From positions 1-64,000 of the forward strand of contig JAAILG010000197.1 of assembly GCA_012026655.1 (NCBI GenBank): a DNA stretch of 64,000 nucleotides, given 5' to 3'. Under the pieces are notes generated by a model that saw nothing but the letters and a program-made list of their open reading frames with translations, ran no database searches and was not told where the DNA came from. Source of the stretch: Hydrolagus affinis (Eukaryota). Positions 10,871 through 23,860 of this stretch are shown here, in pieces (position 1 is the first letter of the stretch; every line of letters starts with the position of its first letter). The position numbers and the translations under genes are program-made.

Positions 10871-12234
10871 ATACCCTGGAAGGGTAGTCTGAATATACAA
10901 GACTATCTCTCACAGTCTTGTATATTCAACTTTAGCGTGGGCCTTTTCCTTCTCGCCTGGTGTGGTGTATGCTGCATTAAGTATTCATGTTCTTTTCTAC
11001 ATTTGTAAAGAGCAGATAGGACTATTGATTGTAGATAGTCTCATGTTGCCAATATTGTGTGTGCTTGCTTGTGGTTTGACATTTGATTGATTTCTAGTGT
11101 TTTGAAGAATAGGTGTAAGCATTAAATTTAGAACACTAGAGGGAAAAATGCAACTTGCCCTGAGCAGGATAACATTTTGCAGCCACATTCATATTGCCAT
11201 TGTTTTCAATGGCTGAGACAGCTCATTCTGTGATACAATCAAAAGTGAAATTGAAGGGTTCTTGTCTCAAATCAAAGACATCAAGCTTGCAGTAGAATCA
11301 CTAATCAGTTACCTGAGTGAGATACGTAACATTTATACATTTAGTACCTAAGGACAATTGCAGATAGGCTGTGCTGTATTCAGTCTTTTATGCCTGCAAA
11401 GAAACCTCGGGCCCTGAACTTTTTCTTTAATCATGATCCACAAGCATTCTAGTGTGCGAATGTTTTTTGCTCTAGACAAGGAAGCACCAATGTTTTCATA
11501 AGCAAAGCCCTGCAATCAAGTCTCACACAAACTGCTGGAGCGCTTTTCAAAATTGTCAATTCATGGGATAAACCACAGGATACCTAGGATTAACATGCAA
11601 CAACATTTTTATAAAAACATAGTTAGCGTTAAGAATACTGAGAAATCAATCAGATTGAAAAGAATAACACTCTGGGCAATTTGATTGACTTTGATTGATC
11701 TTCTTTCCTGTAGTTTATGATATATATGAATGTATCACAACCACCAAAATACACATTGGTTATTCTTGGACTGTAAGATACTTATATTGCTTCTGAGATT
11801 CAAATTACATTGAATTGTAATGGGATTTGTTGGCAAAACACTTAGAGTCACAAACAGCACCTTCTGCCAATAACCAGATGTATGCTACAGTATTCTGTGG
11901 GAACTCTGCTCCAGAAGTAGATTACCCTTACATGGAGTTCCCATGGGTCAGTATGATGTACATCCGATCATTATATGCAACTAGGAGTTGATAATGACTA
12001 ATCCAGCGAAGAATACAGGAATTTTGGTCCCATCTATCTTCAACCATGACCCATTTATTTTATTTTGCCTTTATCCTTTGTCTTTGAAGATTACAACCCT
12101 GAGTGCTTTCAAAGGATTATTGTCATGTGCCTTTTTTGGTTGGTTATGAATTTGACCCACATGTCAAATGTTTATTTTCTTATTGTTAAGAATATTGAAA
12201 TACAACCAAATATCAGTTATGCTTCCCCAAGATC

Positions 12235-12520
12235 AAAAGATTGGTCTTGATGAAGACGTTCCCTTGGGCCCATCTGATTGCATCCTATCAGAACACCCAA
12301 ATTACCATCCTTTATCAAGCTGCTTTTTTAAATACATCTTGTGTCCTGGTCTCTGTCACCTTTCCTGGCACCCTCTTCCAGTTGTTTATTATCCTCTGCA
12401 TCAAGAAAATATCCTAGCTTTTGTCCTGAAATTGCCCTTTACAAATTTAAACCTATCCCTCTTGTTCTACTGGCACAATGCATTCCTGAAGTAATGATCT
12501 GGGTTTAATGTTGCAAAATA
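12235..12520 (-). mobile_element. CR1-type LINE 3' end
   Basis: tgaagacgttcccttgggcccatctgatt...atcaagctgctttttaaa...cttccagttgtttattatcctctg; same family as 13855, 18143 and 58820. Confidence 0.65.
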
Positions 12521-13452
12521 TTCTTCTTCAGTATGAAGAATTTAAATGTATTCCACTGCTTTACATTCCCCAATGGCTTGGTGGGAACTGCAATAGTGTG
12601 GTGTCCAGCTGTGCATACCAGGAAGGTACTGCTACAGGTCAAATTCTGCTTGGTGCAAACTTAATTAAAAACAAGTCCAAACTCTTGTTCCTGATTGTTA
12701 TATACTGATCCTTGCTTAATATTATTTATGTGAAGTGATGTATAGGGCTCTGGCAAACTTGAATATGTCATTTCATACATGACTTTGCAAAGTTATGTAT
12801 AAGTCTGCTTTTATACGATTAACATATAAATAGAATAAATAAGTACAAGGTCCTTGCCACTAACTTGTGTTTAGTTGTATTGCCTAATGATGGGACAACA
12901 AAGACTTTGTTTCGACACCCATTTCAAACAGAACACTGCACTACTTTAATGCAGTTGGTAAATGTTTTAATGGCTGTATGAGTTAGGAGATGATATGCAT
13001 AGGATTTAGGATTAAGCAAGAAATCGTTACAATTTAGTAATTTATCCGAATTATAAAATACCACTAGTGCAAAGTAATCTTTGCATTCTTTTTTGGTAAG
13101 AAGCTAAATAGGACTCGGTTCCAGGTACAACTTAGGCGATTATACAATTTATAAAGAGACGATTTGTAAGAGTTTTACTGTACTGTAAAATGGAGTGACA
13201 TTTTTGTCGGTGAACAAAGACATAATTATTAAAGCAAGTAACAGTAAATCATAATGTTACTTTTGAGGATATTGATCCCTGGGTTATTCATTAATTTTCT
13301 GATTTCATTGTGAAAATAGATGACGCTTCCTCTGGTGATATTCAGCAGTTGTAAAGTTACAACATTTGAATCACAACAATTTAGTTAATTTTATGACTTG
13401 AATGAGGCCCAGGGGATAAATCTAACTGTAATTATTTCCTATCTGTTTTCAG

Positions 13453-13461
13453 CAGCAAGTG
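13453..13461 (+). other. Candidate 9-nt microexon CAGCAAGTG (NAGNAG acceptor)
   Basis: Branch-point-like CTAAC 13422-13426, pyrimidine tract, AG 13451-13452, donor GTAAGA at 13462. Signals only; no transcript evidence. Confidence 0.3.
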
Positions 13462-13723
13462 GTAAGAGTTCAGGACAGGTAATGTGATCATTAGCTGCAA
13501 CATCTACACTGCAGGCGAATAAATCAGCAAAAAATTTGCAGAGAGTTGCCTTTTCAGTGATGCAAATTACCTCTACGATTTTTATATACAGTAAAGATGG
13601 AAAACCCTTAAGGCACTGTATGCCACAACTTGGTTTGCAGAGGAAGTGGAACAAATCATGATGTAAAAAGCTTTGGCGGTTCAATCCCTGTGAAGGATTT
13701 AAACTTTTGCTACAGGTGCACAA

Positions 13724-14095
13724 CAATAATACAATAATAACATAATTAGATTCATAGAGCACCTTTCCCATCAGGAGGACGTCCCATAATAATAATAAAT
13801 ATTAATCGTTGCATTTGATACAACGCCTTTCATGTTGACAGAGCATCTCTTAAGATCACAAGATTGATTTGGGTTAAGAAGACCCTTCAGCCCATCTGAT
13901 CTCATCCCTCCAGAATGCCCTCCCTGCTGTTCTCCCATCACAGCAATAACTGTACAATAACTTCAGTGCCCTGGCCCCAACTATTGTTCCCAAGAACCTG
14001 TTCCAGTGTTTAATTGCCCTCTGTGTAAAGTCTCAAAGTGCTTCACAGGATTTACTGAGCAGTGTTACGACTGTATTTTGTAGATAACTGTAATG
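13724..14095 (-). mobile_element. Nested cluster: L2 tail (13724-13783), SINE tail (13786-14095) split by a CR1 3' end (~13852-14030)
   Basis: Tail motif gagcatctc|tctcaaagtgcttcacagg is interrupted by aagaagacccttcagcccatctgatctcatcc...ttccagtgtttaattgccctctgtgtaaag. Confidence 0.7.
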
Positions 14096-14159
14096 CTAAG
14101 ATTGAAGTCATTCAGCATAATATGTGTAATATGCTCATTATGACACCAGGTTTCTTTAC

Positions 14160-14505
14160 TGCTCTGTGAAATGTTAGCCGGAGTGGCAGTAAAATATCCT
14201 CAGTAATCTGACTCAGTAAGAGAAGAAATCAGCCACGGTCCATGTTTCTGCTGCTTGTTATCTTGTGATGTTGGCTTGAAATAAAAATTTGGATGCCTAG
14301 GATCATCATTCGAGCACCTGTAGTTGGCCTCTTGCTTGGATGCTGGGCAGACAATCCTCAAGCACTGAGTTGGGCAGAGTTTTTATTTCCAGAGACTCAT
14401 AAAGAGCTTCACTGTTGGTGAGGTAATAGCAGGAGACACATTGCCATCTCTGTAACAATGTCAGCATGATGGCAAACAGCTAGAAACAGGAAGGTGAAAA
14501 TAACG
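14160..14505 (+). mobile_element. Old SINE family B copy
   Basis: ctctgtgaaatgttagccggagtggcagta...aaatcagccacggtcc...caggaaggtgaaaa, similar to 5120-5400. Confidence 0.5.
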
Positions 14506-15399
14506 GGGGGTGGAAGGTAACCCAGTGCCTACCTTTTCCATCTCCCCCCAACCCCGGCGCTATACAGAACTGCAATATTAAGGAGACAAGTCTGTGCACA
14601 CAATTCTCTTAGTCCTATCCTATGACTTCTCCGTAATTGAGATTCTGTTTTGGCTCTGGACGGAGGGAGTAGGAACACTCAGGAAGGGAATCTGCACAAA
14701 ATCTGGAGTTTGCAAGATAACAAAGCAGGTTAAAATTAAAGTCAGGCTTTGGAAAGTTACACAAGGTTGTGCAAGCTGCCTGTAAAGAAGAATGTTAATA
14801 ACGCCTGGGACTTTCTGCCACTTCCGTCTGAACCTGCGATTTTCAGGAGGTATGAGCTAGTGGGTGTTGTACACCTTCATGATCTCCCAGATGTGTTTTA
14901 TAGTCAAATGAGGAAGATGACAACATGAATAAAAGATGTGGTTATGTTTCAAATGGCTTACTGTAACAAAATGCAGAAAAGGACCTGCTTCTTTGACTGC
15001 AGGTTAAGGACTAAACCTTTGGGGAATGAAGCAAATACTGAAATTGTATGCTGTGCACATCCTTGTCAGGCACACAATGGTACCAGTTTTACATTGACTT
15101 GGCAGTAGCTTTGATAGACGTTGATAATATTCAGCAGCTTCCTTGGGGAATGATTGTCCGCATACAAATGTCTGTCCAAGCTGACTGGCTGAAGCAAATA
15201 TTAATTTTCATAATACACCTATGCCCTTGTGTTTTGTAGCACATACCTGATTAGCGTACACCAAATATTGTTTCAGTGCCATTTTTTTTTGTTTATGAAG
15301 TTCTCGTGTTGGCTCAGTGAAGCTGCACATCATATGTATGATAATATTTTTTGTTCAACTCCCTCCATGCTTTTACTGCACCCTACAACTGCAAATGCC

Positions 15400-15725
15400 T
15401 TCAACCACAGCAAGCAGTCTGCTCCCTTCGCTAAGTGAATGCTGACCTGTTTCATGCACCCGATCTATTAGTCCCTCATTAGCAGGTAGCTAACAGCCAT
15501 TCTGCCCCTGTTCTCTGGAACTGCATTCCAGAGTTCCACCAACTCACTCCTACCATTCCGCTTTCAAGGTACGACTCAACACAAAATCCTTTGATCATGC
15601 TTTATTCATTATCCCCCTACCACCCACTTTGTTCTGAAAACCATTTTGAGTGCCCATCAAACATTAGCAGGCCCTTTGAGATGTCTACTTGACATGAAAG
15701 GCACTTTATAAATGTATATTGTGTA
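15400..15725 (+). mobile_element. Older L2 3' end
   Basis: ctctggaactgcattcc...ctttcaaggtacgactcaacaca...tttgagatgtctacttgacatgaaaggcactttataaatgta. Confidence 0.65.
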
Positions 15726-15956
15726 GTAAAATAAAGCAACAGAGGTTTTCTGATTGTCGAGTTGGTGAAGTTGCTGACCACTGTAGAAGGTATACAAATC
15801 AGGAACGTCCATGTTTGCTTTCTGGTCTGTAAAGATTGGCAGTAAAATCAGCCTCAATGACCATGACATAGGCAGTGTTTGTACTCCTGATTACCATGTG
15901 GTGACATTCAATGGAAAGAACATATGTGTGGATTTGGGGTGAAAATTCACATTCAC

Positions 15957-16268
15957 AGGCTTGTAGCTCAGTGGTTAGAGCACTCGCTTTGCAAACAAGA
16001 GACCTGAGTTCAATTTGAGGTAGGGTGAAGGCTTGGGCAAGTTTTCTTACTCCACACACCTAATAATAATAATCGCTCAAAAATGAATAATTTGGTAACA
16101 CAATACACAACTGTTTGCGGGGCACTGCTGTGCGCATTTGGCTGCCACATTTTGCCCTCAAATATACAGTCAATTCACTTTACAGTATATTCTGTTAAGC
16201 GCTTTTGAAACATCTAGAAGATGTGAAAAGTGCTATATCAAATGCAAGGGTTATTATTATTATTATTC
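15957..16268 (+). mobile_element. Full-length young tRNA-derived SINE with L2-like tail
   Basis: A box tagctcagtggttag, B-box-like gagttcaatt, body cttactccacac, ctgctgtgcgcatttggctgcc, hairpin and (TTA)n. Confidence 0.9.
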
Positions 16269-16532
16269 TTTGCTAAAGTTCACACATGAAGACTGGGTGA
16301 ACTGCTGGGAGGAGGTCGGTACCTGAGTGACTGTATGCTAAACCACAGTGAAACAGAAACAGATGAACATTTTGTTTTACACCGACCATCTGAAAAAGAA
16401 GGCAGACAACAGTGATTTTCTGTTCAAGATTTTACAAGCTGAGTTAGATACAATTTGTATTGTTTGTGGCAGCCAGGTTAAAAAGAAATGAGAAAAAAAG
16501 GAACAAAAAGATGATATTCATCAGTTTTAATT

Positions 16533-16700
16533 TAATAACAACCATAAAGATTTTATTTGATAAAGCGCCTTATCACGTCTTTCAGATGTCTCAAAGGACT
16601 TCACAGAATATACTGTAAAGTTAATTGGCTGTGTATTTGATGCAGTGTCCCATAAACAGTCAACATAGCAAATTTAAATTTATTTTGAAGGGATTATTAA
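16533..16700 (-). mobile_element. Young SINE 3' portion
   Basis: aagcgccttatcacgtctttcagatgtctcaaaggacttcacagaatatactgtaaag...cagtgtcccataaacagt. Confidence 0.8.
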
Positions 16701-18142
16701 AGTTTTTGTCAAATCTAGGTTTCTTGTTATGGGAATAGTTGTTACTCTGAGGAAATTATTATTATTCTTTAACATGACCTGGATTAAATCTGATTACAAA
16801 GAAATAAACAATCCAAATGTTATGGGATTCCATGAGATTATTGGAAATATGAGACTAATGCAGAGAAATTCAACCCACATTTGCTCTATGCATGTAGCAT
16901 TTTAGAGCATCTGGTAAATTTTTGAATTCAGTCTCAACTACAAAAATGTAGGTCTTAAAATAACTTACAGAAAAACGGTTTCAAAATTAAATACAGTAAA
17001 CCCCATGGTTTACACTGGGTATCCAGATTTCGGATGAAGCCAGAAGGGGCCAAAAACCTGAAAATTAAAATTAAAAAATCTGCATCTAGTCTCCCAACTC
17101 TCAACTCTCCTAATGTGCAACCCCACCACACCTTAACAATCTTATTCCTATCGGCTTCTGCTCTCAGAATTGAAACAATTACAACACCAGTGTCTCACCA
17201 GACCAGATCTCTTCCCCACCCCACCTCCCACGCCCCCCGCCCCCACCCACGCTGGTCCAGCTAGAATGGATTTTAGCATATTTGAAAAATTTCCAAATTA
17301 AGGGGACACTCTGAAATGCTAAATAAATAATGTAAATCGAGATCCAGGTTGAATTTCCAAGTTTGGTGAGCAGTATATTTTGTGTGTGGAGGGAATGGAA
17401 TCTTATCTGGAGTTGGCATTTTTCTTCCAGTATCTCAAATACATTGTAACTGTCAAACTCCAAGCTCTCAGACATGTTCCAAGCTTGGAGAGTCAGTACA
17501 CCGCCCACACCCTCCCTCCGAGATGTAAGGAATTGAGGAACCTTCTTAAACTTGATCAATAATTTAGGACTTGCCTCCTGCAAACACTTTCAGCTCAGTT
17601 TCATAAAATATGGCATTCCAGACACCTTTCTTCTGCAGCTTCTATCTCTGTTTCTCATCACTGGACTTTTCACTCATTGGGCCTGAGCAGACAGTTCTGT
17701 GGGAAAAAAAAATCTATGTTTTCCTTTCCTCATGTGCAGCGGTGCCTGCGTTTGCTTCTGGGTTCCTGTCAACTATTCAGCCTTACCTGGGAGGCACTTT
17801 AAGATGACAGGACAAAGCCTGACATTTGGCCCTAGCAATGCAGTCTTCAACTGAGAAGATATAACATGTTCTCTGACAGCTTGTTGTGAGCATGTTTAAT
17901 TTGTAACTTCAGGTAGGTTCACTGTTTGAATGTTCTTTATTTTGATGTGTTTTGGTACAAATCATGCGAACACCCAATTTGGAGCTATGGGCTGAGATTC
18001 TGCTCACAACTTTGTTGCATCAAATATTGTCATTGCATTAATCAATCCAGTCACGTTCATGTACTTCAGCTTTGCAAAGAGATTCAAACCTAAAATATGG
18101 CAATTTCTAATAGTGTTTCTTAATCAAGAAACCTGGCCTACA

Positions 18143-18295
18143 TCACAACGTAAAAGGTTTAGGTGCAGGGATGGTTCGGGCCGGGATGCTGGAATCATTA
18201 AAGAAACAAGCTGACGTTGTGATGGGAGAACAATAAAGCGGGTTTTCTGGAAGGATGAGATCAAATTGACCGAACGGCCTTCTTCTTCTGGACCT
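18143..18295 (+). mobile_element. CR1-type LINE 3' end
   Basis: ggaatcattaaagaaacaagctgacgttgtgatgggagaac...gatgagatcaaattgaccgaacggccttcttc. Confidence 0.7.
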
Positions 18296-20007
18296 CTTGT
18301 TCCTTGTAGGAATCCTGCTCTGACCCAATTAACTTCTCAAGTGAAGTGTCCGTGGATCAGGGTGACACTTGTGTCATGCATGTGGGCACTCAATTCAATT
18401 TCTTTATTATGAAATCACTTTCAAAATCCCTCCCTCCCACCCCCCCCCCCACACACATCCCCCACATAAAATCTTTCCTCTCTGAGGCAGAAGTTCTCAG
18501 GATGAGAAGTGGGCTCCTCCTGCTTTCCCTGCTTTGTTATTTCCTGCTGCTCCAGCTGTGTTGCCATCTGCAGTTCAAGTACAGTCTGTCAAAATGTTTC
18601 CCTTTTTCATGACTGTGTTGTGCGTTACCCTTTGTAGACCCCTCTTTTTCCTTCCCCTCACAGTCCAACCTGCATGAGATTGCTCGTGAATGTCACCATC
18701 GTACACTTCTAATCTTTTCTGGGATGATCATATCTTAAAGTAAGATACTGTACATAGAGGAGAGTGGAAAGAAATCACACACTGATTTTCACACTGGTAT
18801 CATGCTACCTTCTTCTTCAATATGAAACACCCTATTTATTGACTCCATGATCACCAACGTGAACAGCGTACTTATAACACCACACTGCATCAGATGTGTG
18901 CAATGTTAGACTGGAGAGATGTGTGACTGCAGTCTAAGCATAACGGATACTTTCCTCTTTGATTAAGAGAGTAGCTGTTATATAAATTGTGTAGCACAGG
19001 CAGCGTGGTGGTCATGTGAGACACAAAACTGAGACTCGAGAAGGCTACAGGCAGCCTTTTTTTTTGTAATGGCAGCTAAACAGAAATCCAGTGAAGTTAA
19101 ATTTACAGACAAAGAGGAGGTGAACATAGACTGGAAAAACCCACACCCTACCTGCTGTCTCCTGCTGACCGTTTACATTATGCTAGCACTTTTGAATTTT
19201 CAGTGACTGCATAATTCTCCAGGCTGCCTGACGTGTCTTTAAACACATGAGAGAACAGACATTCTCTCCTTTTCATGCTATTTACAGTGAGTGCTCTTAT
19301 CTCACATGTGCAGCCGTCATCTCTCCCTTCAGGGCCTGAAAGTAAAACTCGGTATTTCTTTATCAGCCCTCCCCAAGATTGCCATATTAAAATGGGACAA
19401 TCTGCGAAAGGGTCAGATGAGATCACTGACCCCGGATTATAAATCAGAGTCAGCAACAAGCACGTTGTCAAGCATTCCATAGAAAAATAGCAGACATAAC
19501 AGATCACACACTGTGTTACAGCTCATTTCATAATTTGTTTTTTTTAATTACGCTGCAGCAGAAGCCAATATCAGCTGTAATTTAGGTTAGACGTGCTTTG
19601 AATGATCACACAAGAGTTGGCAATTGATAATTTGAAGTAACAGAATCATTTTTTTTCGCGGAGTAACATGAGTGACACCTCAGTTTACCAGACGAGCAGT
19701 TCCCAGCAAACAAAGAAAAAGCAGGTGTTTGTGTCCATTCCTACAACGGTTTAGCATCATAGATTAAACCACACTTCATTGTCGTGTTCTTTGAGACGTC
19801 CTCCTGATGTGAAAGGCATTATGCAAGTGTAAATTATATTTGTCTTCAAGATTTCAGTTTCTCTATCAGGAGAATATATGACTGTGACTTTCATCTCCCT
19901 CCACCTTCCTCCACGTCTCTTGCCTACCTCCTAATAATACAGTGAGATTTTGGAGTTCATTGTGAGAAGTAACTGTTTTTCCGAACTTGGTGCAGCAAGA
20001 AACACAC

Positions 20008-20748
20008 AATAACAACAACAACAGCAAAATTACATTTGCATAGTGCCCTTTACACCGGGAGGATGTCCCAAGGAGCTGGACAGTCAGTGTTTCGGACCCG
20101 AGCAGGGGTCGGGATTGGGGAGGGTGGAGGTAAGGGAAAGGTGACCAATGGCACGGTGGAAGAGGAGGGTCTTAAGATGGGACATGAAGGAGGCTAGGGA
20201 AAGGGGCTAGGCAGGGGGACTGCAGGACAGAATTTCAAGGATTGGAGGCACAATGGCTGAAAGCTCACCCGCCGATAGTTGGTCGTGGGATATGGAGCAG
20301 GCTGGGGCCCGCTGAACAGAAAGAGCAAATAGGCTGGTAGGGTATTAGGAGGTTGCAGAGGTAGTGGGGGGCAATAATAATAATAATAATAATAATCTTT
20401 GCATTTGATATAGCACTTTTCACATCTTATCGACGTCCCAAAGCGATTCACAGAATATACTGTAAAATGACTATATATATTTGTGGGCAAATCGAGGCAG
20501 CCAATTGCGCACAGCAGTGTCCCACAAACAATCGTGGATTAAAATGACCAATTTTATTATTGTGTTTTTTTTTTGAGGGATTATTATTAGGCGTGTGGAG
20601 TAAGGTCTCCCCAGCATGCAAGACAATTCAAGATGCACTTGCATCTTGAGAGTTTCAACAGCGTGAAGGGTGAGGTAGTGGCAGAGTCTGGCAATGTTGC
20701 GGTGGTAAGGAAAGGCAGAGCAGGTCATGGCATGGATGTGGGGGAGAA
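20008..20748 (-). mobile_element. L2 3' portion split by a SINE (20373-20615)
   Basis: (CAA)n tail and hairpin at 20008-20080, ORF2 C-terminal sequence to 20372, resumes at ~20640-20748 (LPHIHAMTCSAFPYHRNIARLCHYLT). Confidence 0.85.
20373..20615 (-). mobile_element. Young SINE lacking its head, nested in L2
   Basis: (AAT)n-ctttgcatttgatatagc...gcagccaattgcgcacagcagtgtcccacaaaca...aggcgtgtggagtaagg. Confidence 0.9.
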
Positions 20749-20751
20749 AAG

Positions 20752-20905
20752 ACAACAACAAAACAACAAAATTACATTTGTATCGTGCCTTTCACATCGG
20801 GAGGACATCCCAAGGCAATGGACATCAATATTTCAGACCTGAGTTGGGGTCGGGATCGGGGAGAGTGGAGGGAAAGAAAGGGATTTGGGGTGACTGATGG
20901 ATATG
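20752..20905 (-). mobile_element. L2 3' UTR and tail fragment
   Basis: caacaaaattacatttgtatcgtgcctttcacatcgggaggacatcccaaggc...ttcagacctgag. Confidence 0.85.
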
Positions 20906-22024
20906 GCTTCAGTGAGTCAGCAATGGTGGCGATAGCATGCATCATTTATAATGGTTGGACAACATCAAACCATTGCAGTACTGTACTAGGTAATACCCCA
21001 AATATTACAGATTTCAACTGACATCTCTCCCAGTGAAGTTGATCTTCATGGTTTCCTTTCGTATGTGTTAAGGATTAAACGGTGAATCACAGACTGAATT
21101 AATATCCTAAAGACACCAAACTTGAGTTCATTTGCAAATACTGCTGTTTCATCTGAGTTGCATGATTTGGGAATTGGGCCGTTGAACTGATAAACCTTCT
21201 GAAGAGTGTGCGTGCATTTTCTCATGTGGCTCGATGGCAGAGGTATGAATATCAATGACTGGAAAATGTGTCTATTTATGCTGATTTTCTAGTTGAGAGG
21301 CATTTGTTTGCTGCTGGTAGAATGGAGCGGTTTAGTGGAGAGGATGAATTAGTTTATTTGGTGAGGATGGCATTTATTCCATGCTTGTCCAATGATAAAG
21401 GATTGTTCTTAGCACTGTATTAGCACTCTTGGCAGACCAGTGCTTTGGGGGGTGGGGAATTGCAGGGTAAAGGCAGAGAGGATGACTCTTTGAATTTAGA
21501 GCATATATTCATCTTAGTAGAAAATAGCAAAATTATTCCTCAGAAACCTAGCAAGCATGTGCTCATTAGCATCATAACCAGAATCGTGGATTTCTAAAAC
21601 ATTTACAGTTGAGGATTTTATGACATAATTCTTTGGATCGTAACGCCAAGTCAAGGCTGGAACATTGGTTTCATTTAAGAAGCAGACTGATTCCAGCTCC
21701 TCTTTGTGTCCTCCCAACGTAAAAAACGCTATACAAATGTATTTCTGTTGCTGTTGATGCTGGATGTGGGAAACTGGAAAGATTAAATCAAATGGTCCAA
21801 AAGACCATTTTGATCCCACTTGTGCAATGTTGTGATTCAAATGTTGGTGGTTTTGTATCCTCATAGGAAATATAATATATTTGCTCCTATAGCTCAAACC
21901 TTCATAGTAAAATACAGTACCTATGAAATTTCGATGGCCAGATGGAATTGATAATACGTTAAGTGATTTGAAACAAATTAATTTGCTGAGTAAGTGAGCC
22001 ATGGAGATCAAGATGCTTGATCCC

Positions 22025-22410
22025 TGATCTGAGATATCTCAAAGTGATTCACCAGATTTTATTGTGAAGTGTAGTGATTGTGCATTTTTGTAGATGGACT
22101 TGGCAGTCAATTTGCAATCAGCAGTGTGCTACATACAGCTATGAAATGACTGACCAATTTTATCTGGATTATTATTGGTCATGGTACAAAGAGAAACTCC
22201 ATTCTATTTTTGAATATTGGAATATTTAACATCCACCTGAATAGATCACAGTACAGTACTTTAATGTTTCATTCAAATGACAGCACCTTCAATAATGCAG
22301 CACCTTCCAAAAAATCACTGGAGTATCAAACTAGTCATTCAGTAAAATGTCTTGACTTGGGGCTTAAACACACAACCATCAGAGTCGAAATAGCTACAGT
22401 ACCAATTGAG
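22025..22410 (-). mobile_element. Old DeuSINE-like copy
   Basis: tttaacatccacctgaatagatcacag...tttaatgtttcattcaaatgacagcaccttcaataatgcagcac...ggggcttaaacacacaacc. Confidence 0.65.
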
Positions 22411-23609
22411 GAGTTTGCATCTAAAATAGTACAACACATGCCAGCATTGTATTATTATTATTTTTCTATTGACTTAATGCAATACAATACAAATCAAAAG
22501 TGTAATATATATATATATATTCAATTACTGTATTTTTTTCAAATAAAACATGGTTGAGAATTCAAAGCCAAGATCTGCCATGCTGCTCTCATAGGGAATG
22601 GCAATCATTCATTTAGTTCAATAGTGTGATCTGTCTTGAGGTTTGTCACCCTTAAAGTAAACACAACTCCATATAATTAAATACCTTGTAACCTCTGTCA
22701 CTCTCGCTAATCATAAATGCCAGTAAGTAACATTTCTCCAGTGTTGATGGCTCTGTGAACTATTTTTGCCCACAGTAGCAGTTTAGAAATATTGCATTTT
22801 ATCACCTTACTTCAAAACAGAATTTACATTTCCTTGAAATGCTTGAAGTTGCCGTGGAATGTGCAACCTAATGTTGCAGGCTCATACTTTTGAACATCTG
22901 GTTATTTGCAACTCAAATTTAACAGATTGTTAATTAAAGAGATTATTTAAAATAGTTCTGGGAATTAATTTTTCAAAAAAATCTGTGGAAGTAAATCACC
23001 AAATAAATTTAATAAAAAGTAACTACATTTTGGAAGTGGGTCAATATTGATCCTTTTGCTCTTTCAGTTAATATTAAAAAATGAATAGTTCTACATATGT
23101 ATGAATTCATCTGTGTACCCATTGTCCTTAGAGAACACTAAGTATCAGAGTTCAAGGCCAATGACAGAAGAATACCTTTGACTCATTTGAGTAAAGTCAA
23201 GCTATCATATGTAACATTATTCGATTTCAATGATGAGGTGTGCTAAACGTGGAAAAACGTATATGTGCCTTGGAGCATTCCAGACCTCCTAAACGACACA
23301 ATTAGCAAGCAATAAAAAGGATTTTGCAAACGTTCTGTAATCATTTTCATTGGTTTCTAACTGCATGATCAAGGGCATCTGGAATTGCCTCTGTACTTTA
23401 CACGTGGTTAGCACAATCCACAAATTAGACTCCATTGTGTTCTGCTTTGTATCATGCCCTGAGCCATTTGCTGCTTTATATTAAATAGATGCTGTATTAT
23501 TTTGGAAGCTGTGCCGAGGTGGTGTCAGGTCGTTAGAAACTCCTGTAACAATGTGTCACAAGAAACTTGTTTCCTTTGTATACATTGTTACAGTGTACTT
23601 TTTTGATAA

Positions 23610-23860
23610 TTTTTTTCTTACTTTCCTGAAGGCACTGACTCATGCTGGAACACAGTTCAATGAGAGCTGGCATTGCTCCTCACAGAAGTGTTATTCTTCA
23701 CATGAGCCTGGATAGTGAAGGTCAGCAAGCTGTTTGATATCACATTCAATTACGACGCTTCACCATCCATTGTCTATGCATACTTTCCAACAGATATCAC
23801 TGGACAGCGATTAGGAGCAGAGATACTGACTCACGTCCCTATTCCTAGCCCACGGATGCT
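23610..23860 (-). mobile_element. Old SINE family B copy
   Basis: tcctgaaggcactgactcatgctggaacacagttc...attcttcacatgagcctggatagtga...tcactggacagcgattaggagcag. Confidence 0.65.

Noticed and set aside
19040-19066. Hairpin aaggct-acaggc-agcctt plus T-run resembling an intrinsic terminator or histone stem-loop
   Set aside because: Eukaryotic context, no upstream gene, and it does not match the histone stem-loop consensus.
21514-22011. 165-aa minus-strand ORF
   Set aside because: Runs through an L2 tail and a CR1 scrap; no recognisable domain.
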